DNA from: the human T2T-CHM13v2.0 reference genome, Homo sapiens
Direction: 5' to 3' (one strand)
Length of the DNA: 64,000 nt
Assembly: GCF_009914755.1 (NCBI RefSeq)
Contig: NC_060929.1
A model generated the notes under the pieces. That model did not search any database. It worked only from the letters and a program-made list of their open reading frames with translations, and was not told where the DNA came from. The stretch's first letter is position 1. Every line of letters begins with the position of its first letter. The translations under genes were made by a program, and so were the position numbers. Below are positions 60,823-64,000 of the stretch, one piece after another.

Positions 60823-62179
60823 TAAATGAGAAAGGAAAAAAGAAGCATGTTAAAACATTTTGTGATGATGGAAATAATTTACATTTTGCTGTTGGTGATA
60901 TTCATGATTGTATGCATTTGAACAAACTCATCTATCTGTACACCAAAATGATAAAATAGATAAGTAGCATAAGGGTTCAAAGACAAATTTACATAACAGA
61001 ATAATTAGCAAGCCAGCAGATCACAGGAATTAAAATAAAGAGTAAGTAGAAACTTTACAAAAAGAAATATTATTATAGGAGCAGCAAAATTCTGAATTAA
61101 AAGCCTGTAAACAGTATAACGTACTGTAGACAGACTAGAGAACAATAAAAGTTTAAAAGAAAAATATATGACCGTTTTGGCAGATTTAGTAATTGTTTTT
61201 TTTTGAAGGAGAGAACAGAGAAAACAAATGCAAAAGTATTTCAGATGAAAGAAAACATTCTCAAAAGAAAAACTTGAATTTTCACATAAAAGTGGCAGTT
61301 ATGAGTCAGAAAATTTGATACAGAAGAATCAACAATATTCTGTTCTGATCTTATCTTCTCCTCCTTCTTTCTAAGGCTTCCAACCTGGAATTCATAGTCC
61401 ATCACCTGCCTACCCTTGATCTTGCTCTGTATCATTCTTACCCGATTGTCTTAGTTAAAACTGTCTGTCCTCAAGGAATCTTCTTCTTCGCACCCCCCTC
61501 AAGAGGTGACTAGTTTGTCTCCCACATAGTACTAACACTGGGACCTATGTAATTAGGGAAGATTCCCTTTTTACTTCTCATTAGCACTTACAGGCCATTG
61601 TCCCTGCCTCCATGGTAAGCCCTCTAGCTTATGCCTTTAGATTATTCTACTTACTCTCCATCCTTGTTTCAATCAGTTGCAGATATCTGGGTTACTGTGG
61701 CTCATTCCTTGGAGGTTTTAGCATTTTGTTAACTCGTATACTTTTCAATGACATCCTGTTGCTAGAAGTGAAGAGGAGCTGATATATTTGTTAACTTATC
61801 CTATTATTATGGAATTTCTCTCAATGTCCCTTATATTTCTAATAATTCATTTGGGGAGGCCAAAAATATTTATGCTAGCTACATATTATTTGTAAATTTT
61901 ATAATAGGAAAAATGTGTTATCAAATCTATTTACACTCATATTCTGCTGTTTGCAGTTTTGGGTGAAAAATATAACTTGCCATAGCAAAATATATTTAAG
62001 TTTCCATCTATTTTCTCCTAGATGCCTGAGTATTTTAGAAGCCGTACTTCTAACTTGGTAACTGCATTCTCCTGGTGTGTGTTAGTGTTTAGTTGGGTCA
62101 AAGATTAGCAAGCATAAAACTTGGTTAGGTAATAGTGAAATGAGTCAGACATAGCAAATACATGTAGCTCACTTTATAA

Positions 62180-63385
62180 TGGAAAAAAAATTCCAAATAT
62201 ATACAACTCTAAGTAAAGCCTGATAGGGAAATTATTATAAAACAGTAGTTTAAATTATATATGTACTTAGGTACTTAAACACCAGAATTAATGTATTCAC
62301 TCTATAGGTCTGTGATCACCCACTAATCAAAAAATATATTGTTGTTTTCCAGATAGACCAATAGATCAAAGAAACAGGAAAGACAGTCGTGAAATAGACC
62401 CATGAGTATATGAAAAGTTAATTTTTTCTCACGGTGCAAAGAAAGAAATATAATCATTTTAACAAATGGGGTTGAAATGATTGTATATTTGTATATTCAT
62501 ATACAAAAATTAGTAATTTTATTCTTATACCGTGTAAAACTGAACTAATTAGTTAACGTATATAATAGTCTAAATGTAACACCAAGTACTATAAAACTCC
62601 TGAAAAAAATCAGAAAAATATTTGTAACTTTACTTAGGCAAAGATGTCTTACATGTGGCACCAAAAGCATGAAACAAAAAATGATAATTGGGACTTCATG
62701 ATGAAGCTGATGAAAAGTTTGAATTCAAAGTATGTTTAAAAACATTAAAAACTTAGTAACGAGATAGTGAATCCTCAAATTATAGGCAAAAATTTTCAAA
62801 TAGAATTTCACCAGTGAAAATATATGAACAGCTAATCAGCACATAAAAGATGCTCAACCTAATTTATAGTAAGAGAAATAAAAATTAAAAATTAGATACT
62901 ACTATACAAATATTGCCAGTGGCTAAAATGGAAAGAACTGACCATACCAAATGTTGCTCAGGATGTGGAGGAGCTGAAATCCTCATATACTAATTGGGTG
63001 AATGTAAAACAATTTGGCCATTTTGAAAAAGAGCCTGATAAGTTCATAAAAAGTTGAACATACACCTACCATATAATATAGCTGTTCAACTGCTAGATAT
63101 TTACCCAAGGAAAAAAAAAAAAAAGCAACTCAAATGTCCATAGAAAGACTTGTATGCAAAAGTCCCAAGCTCAAAACTGGAAAGAGTCCAAAAGTCAATC
63201 ATCAGATGAATGTATACTCAGCAGTAAAACAGATTGAGCTATTTGTACACATAACAACAAGAATGAATCTCAAATAATTATATCAAATGAAAGAAACTAC
63301 AGATAGTCACATATTTTATCATTTACATTAAACTTTATATATTGCAATTTAATCTATAGTGTCAGAAAATAGATGAGTGGTTTAT
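62180..63385 (+). mobile_element. L1MC/MD-like ORF2 end and 3'UTR fragments
   Basis: gatagaccaatagatcaa..gaaatagacccatg; ctgaccataccaaatgttgctcaggatgtggag; gaatgaatctcaaataattat. Confidence 0.7.
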
Positions 63386-64000
63386 TCAATGCTTTGTAGT
63401 TCTCAGAATACAAGTCTTTCACCTCCTGAGTTGTTTATTAAGTATTTTGTTCTTTTTGGTGCTAGTTTACATAAGATTGTTTCCTAATTTCCTTTTCAGA
63501 TAGTTCATTGTTAGTGTTTAGAAACACTACTGAGTTTGTGTATTCATTTTGTATCTTGAAGCTTTACTAAAAGTTTGTTTATTAATTCTAAGATTTTTCA
63601 CAGAATTGTTAGGGTTTTCTAAAAGATCATGTCACCTGCAAACAGGGACAGTCTTACATCTTCCTTTTCAATTATGATGCTTTTATTTTTATTTTTTTTG
63701 TTCTGGATAGAACTTCCAGCACTATGTTAAATGGAAATGGTAATAGTGGGCATCCTTTCCTTTTTCCTCGTCTCAGAAGAAAAGCGTTCAGTTTTTCACT
63801 ATTAAGATGCTAGCTGTGGATTTTTCATATATAGTCTTTATTACATTGATATCCTTTTCTTCTATTCCTAGTTTTTTGAAATTTTTTATCATGAAAAAGT
63901 GTTGAATTTTGACAAATGCTTATTCTACATCTGTTGAGATGAGCATGTGATTTTTATCCTTCATTTTTTTACTGTGGTGTGTTTTATATATATATAGATT
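63386..64000 (-). mobile_element. L1MA/MB ORF2 RT-domain fragment, continuing off the right edge
   Basis: aagatcatgtcacctgcaaacagggacag is the reverse complement of LSLFAGDMI; gaacttccagcactatgttaa..gggcatcct. Confidence 0.85.

Overview
Primate, very likely human, AT-rich and repeat-dense DNA of gene-desert or deep-intron type. I found no supportable host protein-coding exon, rRNA, tRNA or CRISPR array. Nearly all informative ORFs in the track come from transposable elements (L1 ORF1/ORF2, ERV-L pol, Alu and LTR frames). The most notable structures are: (1) a nearly complete L1PA4/5-like element at 42833-49007 whose whole 5'UTR+ORF1 is inverted (twin priming), so the antisense promoter now faces ORF2 in sense and the sense promoter faces outward; (2) a full-length Tigger2 DNA transposon (18861-27345) expanded from about 2.7 to about 8.5 kb by nested insertions (a two-LTR MST provirus containing an LTR12 solo LTR and Alus, plus two Alus at one target site); (3) an ancient ERV-L (ERV3-16A3/LTR16-like) pol-integrase-dUTPase fossil; (4) a 52-bp diverged direct repeat in non-repeat DNA. 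I do not see evidence for a new biological system. Subfamily names come from recalled consensus sequences and should be confirmed with RepeatMasker/Dfam.
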